A DNA stretch of 64,000 bases from the NCBI RefSeq assembly GCF_009914755.1, contig NC_060940.1; one strand, written 5' to 3'. The notes beneath the pieces are model-generated. The model was given only the letters and a program-made list of their open reading frames with translations, was not told the DNA's origin and did no database searches. The DNA is from the human T2T-CHM13v2.0 reference genome, Homo sapiens. This document shows, piece after piece, positions 1 to 14,638 of this stretch (positions within the stretch are counted from its first letter, which is position 1; each line of letters opens with the position of its first letter). The translations under genes were made by a program, and so were the position numbers.

Positions 1-65
1 TGATTATGCCACTGCACTCCAGGCTGGGTGATAGAGTGAGACACTGTCTCTAAAAAAAAAAAGAA
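1..65 (+). mobile_element. Alu 3' end (cut by window edge)
   Basis: ccactgcactccagg…gagtgagac + A tail. Confidence 0.9.
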
Positions 66-336
66 ATTCATCATGATACTCTTGGCCTCAGGCATAGCTA
101 CATCCAAGTGTTTAGATTATGTAATCAAAATCGACTATTCTCCATTTTCTATACCCTCGTTTTCCCATATTAGAGCCATTCTCAGGCAGGTACTTCACTT
201 GCAGTGGCCAAGACAGCCAGGAAAAGCCCCTACGTACATCCTACCTAGAAGCATTAGGTATCTTTCCTAATGCTTCCAGCAAAAGTGCTGAGGAAGGTTC
301 CCATTGGCCTGGCATGGGCCCAATTCCATCCCAAGC

Positions 337-755
337 TACGTTAGGCCATTTTTGCATTACTATAAAGTAACAGCTGAGACTGGGTAATTTATAAAGAGAA
401 AGGTTTCATTGGCTCACGATTCTGCAGGCTGTACAGGAAGCATGGTGCCGCCATCTGCTTGGCTTCTGGGGAGGCCTCAGGGAGCTTGTATTCATGGCTG
501 AAGGCAAAGTGAAAGCAGGCACATCACATGTTGAGAGCAGGAGAGAGAGGGTGGGGGGGAGGTGCCACACACTTGTAAATGGCCAGATCTTGGGAGAACT
601 CACTATCGCAAGGACAACATCAAGGGGATGCTGCTAAACCATTCATGAGAACTCTGCCCCCATGATTCAGTCACCTCCCACCAGGTCCTACCTCGACACT
701 AGGGATTACAATCCAGCATGAGATTTAGAGGGGTCATACATCCTAACTATATACA
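337..755 (-). mobile_element. MaLR solo LTR, MST family (MSTB-like)
   Basis: gagactgggtaatttataaag…ggcttctggggaggcctcagg…cacctcccaccagg. Confidence 0.85.
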
Positions 756-1422
756 AGCCAATCACTCCCTGTGTCTGGTGAGATGGCGCAGTCTACTGGC
801 CGTTCCTTGGCCACCCCACTAAATTGTGCAGTGGAGTCAGTTTCACCCGGTGGAGTCAGTTTCATGGAGTCAAAGAAGGAATGGTGCTGTACCCAGTGGA
901 GATCTGAGGGGCTCTGTTTGGAAGATGGGGGAGATTCCTGGCCAGGCAGAGAGAGCAGGTGTCCACCACACAGCTCTTACCCTTGAAGAACTCCCCAGTA
1001 GTGGCAGGGTGAGCGCAAGGCCACCTATAACTATGACAAAAGAAGCAGAAAGTGATTGTGTGCTCCAGGAGAAGACTGGGGGCAGGGAGTAGGGGGACAG
1101 AGTCTGGAGATGTGACAGCCTTGCCTCACTCCTGCAGAAACCCTGCCAGCTGCCTGTCCCAGTGGACTCTGAGTGATTCTTGTCACTCAACCTCATGAAA
1201 GAGGTAATCATGCCCGACAAGATTCATAAAAGGGCAGGCGGAGTGATCAAAGGGCTGAGTGATGAAGATCGACTGAGAAGATGAGGGCCCTTGTATCTGA
1301 AGAGGTGACAGCAGAGAGGGGCTGTAATATACACCTCTAGACTGCAGGGGGTAGACCCAGATTTGCTCTCCAGGTCCAAGAATCCAGCAATGCTGTGATC
1401 ATTTGGTCCTTGAGAAAGGTCA

Positions 1423-1714
1423 TTCAAGGGAAACTTACAGGAAAACTTGCCCACAAAAGTGCTGGGCCTGCAGCCCCAGGAGAAGATCCAGGCAGAAAGA
1501 AGGAAGGAGAGAACCAGCATCACTGGGGGCCTCACCTGGACCTTTGTCTGAGCCAGCGCTTTAACCCAGTCTATCCTTTTGTCCTCATGGCAGCCCAGGG
1601 AGGTGCCGGCATCTTTAGTCTCCTGTTACAGAAGAGGAAACAGACCCCAGGGAGGTTTAGGAACTTGCTCAAGGTCATGCAAGCTGGGGAAATGGTGGAG
1701 TCTCTGGCAATGAG
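1423..1714. repeat. Inverted duplication, left arm (contains a MIR fragment)
   Basis: Reverse complement of 2675-2967; 5 substitutions + 1 indel by manual alignment. Confidence 0.97.
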
Positions 1715-2176
1715 CTCCGTCCTCCACACTCACCTCCTCCACCTGCACAGATGCTCTTATGTGCAGCTCTGTGGAGCATCCTAGGTGACCTACAGGTTCT
1801 GGGGAGGAATGGCAGGCTTCTTTTTACACCCCTGCCCTCCCTGTCTTCACCCTTCAAGACTGGACTCAAATGCCACCCCCTCCAAGGAGCCCCCAGTTGC
1901 GAGCCAGTGCTCTCTCCTCTGACCTCTTCTTGCTCAGAGCCTCTGTGATGCCTGGTGCTAGAGGCAAGAAACAGCAGGAAGGAGCAGGGGAGAGCACAAG
2001 CACTGCAGCCCCACGGGCCAGAACTCAAATCCAGGTTGGAGGTTTCCTTGGCTCTCTGGCCTTGGGCAAGTTCATTTCTAAAACAGGCCAACAGAACCTC
2101 AGTCCCAGGATCACTGAAGGGTGAAGTGAGACAAGGCCCTTGAAGGCCCATAGCAAGCCCCCTACCCAACCCAGTA

Positions 2177-2402
2177 TTCATCATCATTATCATCATCATC
2201 ATTATCATCATTCAGTTATTGACTGATTGATTGATTGATTGATTGAGATGGGGGTCTCACTCTGTTGCCTAGGTTGGAGTGCATTGGTGTGATCATAGCT
2301 CACTGCACTCTCCAACCCCTGGACTCAAGCGATCCTCTTGCCTCAGATTCCCTAGTAGCTGGGCCTACATGTGCGGGCCACCACATCCAGCTAATTTTTT
2401 TA
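2177..2402 (-). mobile_element. Alu right monomer (AluJ/FRAM-like) with adjacent (ATC)n/(GATT)n microsatellite
   Basis: gagatgggggtctcactctgttgcc…cagctaattttt. Confidence 0.85.
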
Positions 2403-2674
2403 ATGTTTATTATTATTATCATCCTTTCGATATAAATGCCTTCTCCCCAAATTGACATCCAGGTAATTCTTGAATGGCTGATCCTTGGGGAAACCCCTCA
2501 GGCGACCTGAGATGACCGAGATCTGGAGGAACCATGTGGTTCATCTATAGTGCCATGGCAGCCACACCACTCAGAGACCACTCAGTCATAAGCCTAGTCA
2601 CAATTAAGCCGCTGCCCTCTGAGAACACAGTGACCTGCCCTTTGTGTTCAAAGGGCCCTTGTGTTCAAAGGGTC

Positions 2675-2967
2675 CTCATTGCCAGAGGCTCTGCCATTTC
2701 CCCAGCTTGCATGACCTTGAGCAAGTCCCTAAACCTCCCTGGGGTCTGTTTCCTCTTCTGTAACAGGAGACTAAAGATGCCGGCACCTCCCTGGGCTGCC
2801 ATGAGGACAAAAGGATAGACTGGGTTAAAGCTCTGGCTCAGACAAAGGTCCAGGTGAGGCCCCCAGTGATGCTGGTTCTCTCCTTCCTTCTTTCTGCCTG
2901 GATCTTCTCCTGGGGCTGCAGGCCCAGCACTTTTGTGGGCAAGTTTTCCTGTAAGTTTCCCTTTGAA
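2675..2967. repeat. Inverted duplication, right arm, flanked by direct repeats
   Basis: Reverse complement of 1423-1714; ctttgtgttcaaagggcccttgtgttca at 2640-2667 and 2969-2996. Confidence 0.97.
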
Positions 2968-3133
2968 ACTTTGTGTTCAAAGGGCCCTTGTGTTCACTGG
3001 GTCCTCCTTGCCATCTAGGTCCCTGCCCCGGTGGCCCACGAGGAGGAGACTCCTCCCCGAACCACCCCAGCCCCAGCCATGTCAGGTCCCTAGACTGCCT
3101 CATCACACCCTGTACTCCCCACTCACTCCTTCA

Positions 3134-3865
<732 letters not shown>

Positions 3866-4581
3866 TTATGCAAAGTAGGCTATCAATTTTTAAAAAACAC
3901 TTTTCTTTGATGCCACCTGGATATTACTGATGCACTCCATTGCAGTAGGGGAGTTCCTTTAGCAATTCCTTTCCAGTCTGAATAATTATCTCCTAATTTA
4001 TCAGTTTCATAAATCTACATTTTCATAAATCATTCTGCCTAAGGAGGGGCACCCGTGGACTGCCAGTCTCAGATCCTGGATAGCTGGATGCCGTGACTGT
4101 TAACGTGGCATCAGAAGGCAGGGAGAGAAGTTGAGGCAGGCTGTCTGCCTGGGTGATCAGATTCCCCACTCTGCCCCGCCACAGGCCTCCCAGGACCTAG
4201 GCTCCTGCTCCCTCCCTGGAGACTGACGGTGCCTACATTGTCCCTTGATTGTTTGCTCTTGCAAGCGTAGCTATTGCTGTGTTTGGAAATTGTCTCTTAG
4301 TTACTTGTGTTTTTCTTCCGTTTTATGTTGTTGCCCAACAATCAGGCATCTCCCAGGCTTCCAAGGCTGGCAAGAGATAAGCAGCCTGTAATAAATGTTC
4401 CTGCCACAATTGGTGAAAAGATGAATGTATCAGCTGCTAAAGAAACATTTAAAAAATAAACAAAGAAATCACCCACAATGCCACCACCTTCCCTCAACAA
4501 CTCATTTCATGTTACATTTATCACCTTCCACACTGGGTCCACAAACACACAGTTTTCCAACATTACCTTTACTACATATGC

Positions 4582-4924
4582 CTTTTTCTTTTCATTTCAT
4601 TTCTTTTCTTTTTTCTTTCTTTCTTTTTTTTTTTGGAGACAAGGTCTCTGTCTGTCACCCGGGCTGGAGTGCAGTGGCATGATCATGTCTCACTACAGCC
4701 TCAACCTCCCCAGTTCAAGCCATCCTCCTGCCCCAGCCTCCCAAGTAGCTAGAACCACAGGTGCACGCTACCACGCCCAGTTAATTTTTATATTTTTTAT
4801 AGAGACGGGGTTTCACCATGTTGCCCAGGCTAATCTCAGAACGCCTGGGCTCAAGCAGTCCAGTCTGCCTGCCCCAGCCTCCCAAAGTGCTGGGATTACA
4901 GGCATGAGCCACTGTGCTCTGGCC
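4582..4924 (-). mobile_element. Alu (AluJ-like)
   Basis: T tract followed by reverse Alu dimer. Confidence 0.92.
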
Positions 4925-5299
4925 TCTGTATCATTTTTATTCTGCCTTTTTCATCACCACTCCCCCGCCCCCCACTGAACAGATCACAGTCCCCCATGTT
5001 TCTATAGAGTCTTCATAATGATAACATCTGTGTAATAGCAGCTTCCACTTCTCTGGTGTTGGACATTTGGGTTGCTTCCAGAGTTTTGTTATTACTGAAC
5101 ACTGACTATCTTCTTGCCCAGAGTTCATATGCTTAGGAACAATTTGCCGGAATGTGCTTACTGGGCAAAGACCAAACATATGGCATTTTCTATATTTTCA
5201 TACTACTTCTGAGAAGGTTCTATGAATTACCAGCGATGTCTAAGTTTGCCAGTTTCAACATCATCTTGCTAGCTTTACAAGTTGTCTTCGTTTTGGTGT

Positions 5300-5437
5300 A
5301 GACTCTGGAGCCAAATTGCCTAAGTTTGCATTCTACCCCTGCCGCATACTATAATAGCTATGTGACCTTGGGCAAGTTCTTTAACCTTTCTATGCCTTAT
5401 ACTCCTTATCTACTAAATGGAGATAATAAAAGTGATT
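5300..5437 (+). mobile_element. MIR, interrupted by the next Alu
   Basis: tgtgaccttgggcaagttctttaacc core. Confidence 0.75.
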
Positions 5438-5438
5438 A

Positions 5439-5748
5439 TGGCCAGGCACAGTGGCTCACGCCTGTAATCCCAACACTCTGGGAGGCCGAAGTGGGCAGAT
5501 GGTCAGGAGTTTAAGACCAGCCTGGCCAACATGGTGAAACCCTGTCTCTACTAAAAACACACGCAAAAAAAAAAAATTAGCTAGGTGTGGTGGCACATGC
5601 CTGTAGTCCAAGCTACCTGGGAGGCTGAGGTAGGAGAATCAGAATCGCTTGAACCCCAGGAGGTGGAGGTTGCAGTGAGCCGAGATCGCACCACTGCACT
5701 CCAGCCTGGGTGGCAGTGCGAGACTCCGTCTCAAAAAAAAAAAAAAAA
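5439..5748 (+). mobile_element. Alu (AluS-like)
   Basis: Full dimer; TSD aaaagtg(a/g)tta. Confidence 0.92.
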
Positions 5749-5789
5749 GTGGTTACCCTGTAGGATTATTGTGAAGAGTAACTTCTTCA

Positions 5790-6418
5790 TATCGTTGATC
5801 ATCATTATTCTCTGACTTTCTGTCTGTGAATTTGTGTCATCATTAAAACTGATCTGTAACCCCACAGTCAATACTTGCTGCATTTTTGCGGTCACTTGCA
5901 GACACGTGCAGAGAGGCAACATCTTTAGTCCCCCGATACACACGTTCCCAGCTGATATAGAACAAGGCAATTCTCTGCCTCTCATACTATAAACAAGTGT
6001 CCTTTTTGCCTTGTACGTAGTGCCATGTTTTTCACATTTTTGTGCTTTCTGCTGGTGATTTCGTTGCTTAAACTGGCCTTATACATAGTGCAGAAATGCT
6101 GTTCAGTGTTCCTAAGCATGAGGCTGTGATATGCCTTATGAAGAAAATACATATGTTAGGAAGCTTTGTTCAGGCATGAGTGATAGTGCTTTTGGCTGTG
6201 AGTTTGGTGTGAATGAATCAACGGCGTAATAAGGCATCTTTAAACAGAAACACACATACACAAGGTTCTGTGTTGATTGGTTCATGAAAATGTGAACAAA
6301 GACTCACAGGCACCTGACCCTGTATTTCCTCTAGAAGCAGTAGTTCCAAATTCTCTAATTCAGAATTCACGGTGACTTTCTAGACCGCTCGTACTGCGAA
6401 TAATGAGAATCGACTTTA
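5790..6418 (+). mobile_element. MER82-like TcMar-Tigger DNA transposon fossil
   Basis: Terminal inverted repeats (gttgatcatcattattc … gaataatgagaatcgac); internal cacgttcccagctga…gaacaaggc. Confidence 0.8.
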
Positions 6419-7428
6419 GGTTTTTAGAACAGAGTTTAGCATACAGTATGCACCTTTTATGTGATTGCTATTATTTTTTAAAATTTAAATTTTGCTAATT
6501 TGATTGGCACTTATTTAATTACTGAAGAAGAGGCACACTTGTTGCTAGGTTGGCTGGTTGTCTGTATAAATGTTGTTGATGTAGGAGTGTCTAAAGCTGT
6601 GTATAAAATGCAGGCGAGTCTGGCGTCCAATGGAAGCAGTTCTCTGGGGGCTGAAGAAGACACTGTACTCTGCATATGGCAGTGTGACATCAGGATTGGG
6701 TAAAGGACCAGGCCCAAGGTGTAAGGATGGGCTTCAGTGAAAGCTAAATTAGGGACCTGGCAACACTCCTGCCTTTTAGCCAAAAGATGTGATAATCCTA
6801 TTGTTAACCTTGAACCAACGCCTGCATTGATATATTTTTTAACTGCATTAGAATATGACATGATGGCCTTTGAAATATCAGGGGTGAGTGTTTTGAGAAC
6901 ACATCTATTCACTGAAGCAAAACGTTAGCCCACCTGGTCTGACGAAAGCTGTTTTCTGATTTGTAAATGGGTGGTATGAAATCTCTCTCACAAAGCCTGA
7001 GAGCCTAAAAACCCCTTTTTGTTACACATCAAACAAAGTTTCACACAAAGTGAAATTGCATAAAATTGGGATCTTTTCAGAAAGCCCAGGCTGTATGATA
7101 GCAGTGTGTAAACACACGCCTCCTCTCTGCCTTGGCCAGCACGGGGCATGAACTGGGTGTGTTCTTTTTCGCTAATGTGTATTTGAGCCTCAGAATGAGA
7201 GCTGCAGAAACTTCCCTGTAGGGCCCCAAACTGTCTGCCCCTCGTGGCTTCTCTAAGTGGGTAATGGGCCTGTCAGAGGCTGTTTGTAGACAAACAGCTG
7301 GGCACACGCCCCCTGGGCTCTGATTAGAGACGCTTCACTGTGGGAACAGCAGTTCACTCCTGGCTTGGGGGTACAGCAGCCCAGACTCTCAAATGATGAG
7401 GAGGAACAACCCACCGTTTCTCTTTCAG

Positions 7429-7598
7429 GATATTAAAGCATTTGAAAAGCAAGGACCCCGTGCAATTGAGGCTGGAGCACTTGGAGCAAGGTTTCTCTGT
7501 CTATGTCAACGGTGCCAATTCGGAGCTGAAATCATCACCGCGGAAAGCTATTCACTCTGACTTCTCCAGAAGTGCCTCCCACACGGAGGGGACACACG
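7429..7598 (+). CDS. KATNIP: KATNIP coding exon (likely exon 4), 170 nt, phase 2 to 1
   Basis: tttctctttcag|G acceptor, CACG|gtgagc donor; encodes (R)ILKHLKSKDPVQLRLEHLEQGFSVYVNGANSELKSSPRKAIHSDFSRSASHTEGTH(D), recognised as N-terminal KIAA0556. Confidence 0.96.
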
Positions 7599-7637
7599 GT
7601 GAGCACAGGCCCTCCAGGCTGAGTCTCAGCTCTGTTA

Positions 7638-7952
<315 letters not shown>

Positions 7953-8498
7953 TAGGGATTATGGAACCACATCCTGTGCATGTGAACAACGAACACAAGT
8001 TAACTACACCCGCATGGCCAGAAAGAGAGCATAAGAATGAGAAAGAGAAATCCTGTTTTATTCCTGTTTAAACTAGTCTTGGCCTCTACTACCCCAGAGC
8101 AAAGGCAGCCAAAGCAGTAAATTTCTAGCTTTTACATTTCCTGGGTCTTAAGTCAGTACTTTAAGGAAATGTCTAGGGAAATTTTGGATTATATCTGATT
8201 TTTCACTTAGTATGTTTTAACTTTAGTACCTAACCCCTGTGTAATATTTGATTTTACCACTCATTTCTGTATTTAGTTAATCTATACTGTGCATACTTTA
8301 AATGGATTTCACGTGCCCTATAAGAAAACCACAGGAAGCTTGTGTGTAATAGAAAAATTCCCAACCCAGCCTAGCATAGACACGGAAAATGATTGGGCAG
8401 TTGAATGAATGAAACAGCAGAGCACGTGGAGTCAGGATACCATGGGGAAGCCACTTAGTCTCTCTGTGCCTTTGTTTGCTCATCTTTAAAATGGGACT

Positions 8499-8812
8499 CA
8501 GTTAGACATGGTGGCTCAGGCCTGTAATCCCAGCACTTTGGGAGGCCAAGGTGGGCAGATCGTTTGAGCTCAGGAGTTAGAGGCCAGCCTGGGCAACATA
8601 GTGAGACCCTGTATCTGCAAAAAATACAAAAGTAGCTGGGCATGGTGGTGCATGCCTGTAGTCTCACCTACTCAGGAGGCTGAGGCAGGAGGACTGACTG
8701 GGCCCGGGAAGTCAAGGTTGCAATGAGCTATGACTATGCCACTGTACTCCAGCCTGGGTGACAGAGCAAGACCCTGTTTCAAAATAAATAAATAAATATT
8801 TAAAAAACAATA
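8499..8812 (+). mobile_element. Alu (AluJ-like) inserted in a MIR
   Basis: TSD taaaatgggact on both sides. Confidence 0.9.
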
Positions 8813-8929
8813 ATAAAATGGGACTGGCGAGACTGCTTATCCCAAGTAGCTGTCAGAATGCCTTTAAGGTAGGCTGCCTTGTTGGAGAGGCCAGTGTGCT
8901 ACCAAGCAAGTTACAAGAAGATCTGGAAT

Positions 8930-9110
8930 GAGGCAGACTGGATTTGAATGAACCCTGTTCTGCCACTTTCTGGCTTTGAGACCTTAGGCAGTTAGGACCT
9001 CTCTGACCCTCAGTTTCCTCTTGCATAAAATGGGAATAATTATGCCCACCTTGCAGGCTTGCTGGGAAGATTAAATGATGTAAGAAATGTAAGCTGTCTG
9101 TCACACAGTA
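8930..9110 (+). mobile_element. MIR
   Basis: gaccttaggcagtt…ctcagtttcctc…aaaatggg. Confidence 0.75.
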
Positions 9111-9832
9111 ACTGATTTGTGTTATTCTAATCTATGGCCTCACAGACATGGTAAGATCCCAAGCCATTAATATATAGTAAAAGTCAAAACAACAACAAAA
9201 GGGCAAGAAGAGAAAATGATTCCTGAAATGGTTTCCTAGGAGAGCCACTACAGTTGAACTCAGAGTGTAGCTTGAGCTCCCCAGCCCCCAGGGCAAAGAG
9301 GGAAACCAGTGGCTCTCCTAGTTTTCACAGTGGAGGCAGACCTGCTGCTGCTAGTAAGGAGAATTCAGCTTTTCCTGGTCCAGGTTTCAGGGAGGAACAG
9401 ATAACAGGATTCTGTGTACTTGGAACACCAGCAGTACCTTCATTCATTCATTCATTCATTCAGCAAAGAGATTCACCCTCTACACTCTTTTACACAAATG
9501 GTGACCTCTTGTACCTACTGTCCTGAACCTTGTCTCTGTAGCTTAGAGACTCTTCTCTGTATATACAGACCTGCCTGATCCGGCCATATATTATACATAT
9601 TATTCCATGGCATGGATATATATACTGGAACTTATTTACCCATTCCTTTTTTGCTCAACATTTAGCTTGTTTTCTGATGTCTTGTTGCCACAACCGCGCT
9701 GTAGTCAATGTCCTCATACACAAGACTTTGGGCACACTGATACGCATTTTAGACATGAGTTACAAACCAACCCAGTACTGTGAGCTTGTCATCAGTGCCT
9801 CACCAAGTCTCCTTCCCTCGTCTCTGGTGCAG

Positions 9833-9930
9833 ATTATGGACGAAGAACTCTGTTTCGAGAAGCTGAAGAAGCCTTAAGACGCAGTTCACGGACAGCCCCC
9901 AGTAAAGTCCAGCGCCGAGGATGGCACCAG
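9833..9930 (+). CDS. KATNIP: KATNIP coding exon (likely exon 5), 98 nt, phase 1 to 0
   Basis: tctctggtgcag|AT acceptor, CAG|gtctgg donor; (D)YGRRTLFREAEEALRRSSRTAPSKVQRRGWHQ, in frame with the previous exon. Confidence 0.95.
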
Positions 9931-10024
9931 GTCTGGAGACTGTGGCCCCAGCCCACGCTTTAGAATACAGAGTGTGGGTGGCTGTGGGAATAGAAATACA
10001 ATCAGAGCATTTAAAACCCCCATG

Positions 10025-10328
10025 GGCCAGGCACAGTGGCTCCTTTATGCAATCCCAGCATTTTGGGAGGGTGAGGTGGGAGGATCACTTTGAGCCCAGA
10101 AGTTCGAGACCAGCTTGGGCAACAAAGTGAGACTTCATCTCTACTAAAAATAAAAATAAAAAATTCGCCAGGTGTGGCAGCACGTACCTCTAGTCCCAGC
10201 TACTCAGGAGGCTGAGGTGGGAGGATTGCATGAGCCCAGAAGTTTAAGCCCGCAGTGAGCTACAGTTGCACCACTGCACTCCAGCCTGGGCAACAGAGCA
10301 AGAGCCTGTCTAAAAAAAAAAAAAAAAA
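10025..10328 (+). mobile_element. Alu (AluJ-like)
   Basis: Full dimer + poly-A. Confidence 0.92.
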
Positions 10329-10499
10329 CACCCTATGGGGAGTAGGTGGGTCTGGCTGGGCATGGTAGTGTGCCCTTTCTGCATGTGGAACTGACCTTTG
10401 GAGAGACCGCTCTGCTGCACGGCCCTCCCCTTTGGATGTGGCCACTCCAGCCCCACTTGGGGGTATAGGAAGGTCAGACTCAGAGTCCCATCATGATGA

Positions 10500-10610
10500 C
10501 TCATTCATTCAGCTATTTTTTTATTGAGTACCCACTATGTGCCAGGCACAGTTCTGGATGTCAGGGATACAGTGGGTGCATATGACAAAGCCCCTGCCCC
10601 ATGGAACTGA
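10500..10610 (-). mobile_element. L2 3' fragment
   Basis: tcattcattc…tattgagtacccactatgtgccaggcac. Confidence 0.7.
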
Positions 10611-10924
10611 GATGCCATTTTGGGTTGCAGCTGGTGTGCTGATGTCAGGAGCTTGCATTTTGGAGCATCTACCCCAGGTACCACACGTAGGCTCAGCTCC
10701 CATGTAACTCGTCTCCTTTGCCCTCCCAGCAGAACTGTAGAGTATGTTCCAATATTGTCCCTCTTTATAAGGAGCTGAAGAGATGGAGGTTCAGAAAAGT
10801 TCAGTGAGTTTTCCAAGGTCAACAGCTAAGAAGTGGCAGAATCAAGAGTCAGTCTTAGATCTTTTGCCCCAAATTCTGTGTTCTTGCTCATATAGTTCTG
10901 GATATTTTACCTCATAGTCACTCA

Positions 10925-12017
<1,093 letters not shown>

Positions 12018-12234
12018 CCCTGACTGTACATTTAAATGGCCTAGGGAGGTTTTAAAATATAGATGCTCAGGCCCCACCCCCGGAGATTCTGACTTGCTGA
12101 GGCTTAAGCAGTGTTATTTTTTAAATTACTGTAATTTTTTCTCTTTAAAATTTATTTTTGTACTATATTTTTTATTTTTTATATAAAATAAAAATTTAAA
12201 TACATTTTTATTTATTTTTATATATTTTTTATTT

Positions 12235-12358
12235 TTTTTTTACTTATTTTTATTCACTATATTACCCAGGCTAGTCTTGAACTTCTGGCCTCAAGTGATC
12301 CTCCTGCCTCGGCCTCCCAAAGTGCTGAGATTTCAGGCATGAGCCTCCACGTCAGGCC
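12235..12358 (-). mobile_element. Alu left monomer (FLAM-like) with AT-rich tail
   Basis: cccaggctagtcttgaac…ctcccaaagtgctg. Confidence 0.8.
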
Positions 12359-13555
12359 TGTTGTTATTTTTTAACTTGTGTTCACCAATATTGGGAACTA
12401 CTACCACATACGATTTCACACTGTACTAAATGTATGGGTCTATAGTTAAATGCTTTCATACCCTTTATCAGCCCACCCACAATAATCCTGTAGGTCAGAA
12501 AATGTCCTCATTGTGCTACTGAAGAAATCAAGGCCAAGAGAGGTAAGGTGACTTCCTTAGAGTTGCATAGCTACTAAGGAAGAGGGCAGGCTGGGATTTG
12601 AACTCTGGGCTGTGGTTATAAACCCAGTGATCTTTCTGCCTCCCCACAGGGGCATCTTCAAGTCATTGATTAACTGGGGAAGGGTGTCCCTGCCTGATCT
12701 CAGTGCTGAGGAGCAAGGCCTGGAGGACACACAGCCTGGAGGCCTCCTTTTGTCCCCTGCAATGAATATTAATTTGTTGCTAATGAGGCCTTTCTTCACT
12801 TCTCACTTAAGACAGTTCTTCTACTTGTTTTGAGAGCCTTCTATTATCAGGAGCCATATTTGTGTCTTAGATTGTGGCTTAATAGCTGGCCCTAGAGTCT
12901 GTGCAATTTAAAAAACTTGGCCTAAGATTAATTAGCATCCTCCTCAGTCTCTCCTTGTGGTCCCACACTTCACAGGGCCTAATCATAGCTAATTTCCTGA
13001 TTTCCTGATGCCTCGAGGGCTGTAATTGTCCTTCTACACTGTATCAGTCAGGGGTCAGTCAGTGCCTAACAGCAGAGACCACTCAGGCTATTTTAAGCAG
13101 AAACAAATGCAGTGCAGGGAGTCGGGTGCTTACGAAGTCCTTGGGCTAGCATGAGGAGGGGACTCTGGGCTGGGCCTCTAGGAATGGTGCCTCAAAAGCA
13201 TGGCCACTTAGCCTGGGCCTGCCAGGAGAGCGGCTGCCTAGGACACCATTGGGAAGGTGGGGTATCAGCATCAGGAAGGTGTCACCTTAGCTGCAATCCA
13301 GGAATCAGGGAGTTACTGCCCCAGCTGTTGGCCTCAGAGTGACTCCATGCCTGCTGGGACAGCGCTATGAAGACCCTGCCCCGCAGCCTGGCTAGCCAGT
13401 CAGGAACATTATGGAAGAACTCCATGCCCTGTGCTTAGCACTGAAACAGCCAACATCTATCCCCCTCCTCTCCTCACCTCACTTCTGCTTTCCCTGGCTC
13501 GTGTGAGGCCATCTGATTGGCTGAACCTAAATCACACCCAGAACCCAAGCCAAAA

Positions 13556-14078
13556 TGTAACCATAATAGGTCCATTGCACGATGCTGGCAAGTCTATACA
13601 CATAGACCCTGGGTTTCAGCAGAGAGAGAGATTTAATTGTAGGGCCGCCAAACGAGGAGATGGAAGGAAACCTCAAATCTGTCTCCCGGAGGAGTTTGGG
13701 GCCAGTGTTCTTAAGGGTTTTGGAGTAGGCTGATGTGTGGAGATCATTGATTGGTGGAAGAGTGCAGGGGGAAGTCACGGGACAGGGAGATGAAGAAGCT
13801 GTGTTCTCACGCAGATCCCGTTCTTCTGTGGGGGGCCTTCAAACTGGCTAGCGTGAGTTGTTTTGCTGGAATTTAAGATCTGAAAAACATCTTAAGCAAT
13901 TCTTAAACAAAAGCCTTAATGATTCTACAGTCAGAAATCTATAAGGAATAATGGGAATGCTAATGGTCAGTATCCAGTGAATTTCAGTTACAAGGAAGTG
14001 GGTCAAAGTGCAGTGATTAATGCTGAATTATAACTATATTCTGTGAGAATTCTTGTTAACCCTGTGAGGACAGCTTTA
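13556..14078 (-). mobile_element. ERV1-class solo LTR (LTR8/LTR26 group)
   Basis: tgtaacc…ctcaaatctgtctccc…gaattcttgttaaccctgtgagg. Confidence 0.65.
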
Positions 14079-14638
14079 GAAAGGGAGTCTGGGAAATGCA
14101 GTATTTGGCTTTCTGGCCTCTACCCCACAGAAAGGCTCCCCAGGAGGAGTGTGGGATGGGTACCGAGAGCCGGCCCCCTCCAGTCTAGAGCATGGACTCT
14201 GCTCCACACACCCAGGCTTTTGGGAACCAACCTTAAAGATAGACACAAACCAGGGAGCATTCAAAAGTGGTGAATGAACTACATGTGTCATGAATGAAAT
14301 CATCTGTTAATTTAACAGACATGTATTGATACCCAGCAGGGCCCAGGCACTGTGCAAGGCTCTAGGGTTCAAAAAAAAAAAAAATTCAAGAAGGCTCAGT
14401 TCCTGCCTTTGAAGCTCGGGCTGTGAAGACATGGGGACTGCTTAACTGGGAGGAGGGTGTGACACCTGACTTCAAATACATGGATGGCGGGCCTGGCGGG
14501 GTCCAGAAGTTAACCACTTGAAGCCTGTGGGTCAAACTTGCCCCCAGATAATGGTTGTTGGGCTCATACAGCTTTTAAAAGACTTTTCGAAGCTTGCCAA
14601 CATTTAAATTAACAAGATTTTATATTAAAAATATATCT

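Noticed and set aside
831-864. gtggagtcagtttca repeated 19 bp apart
   Set aside because: Simple slippage duplication with no further structure.
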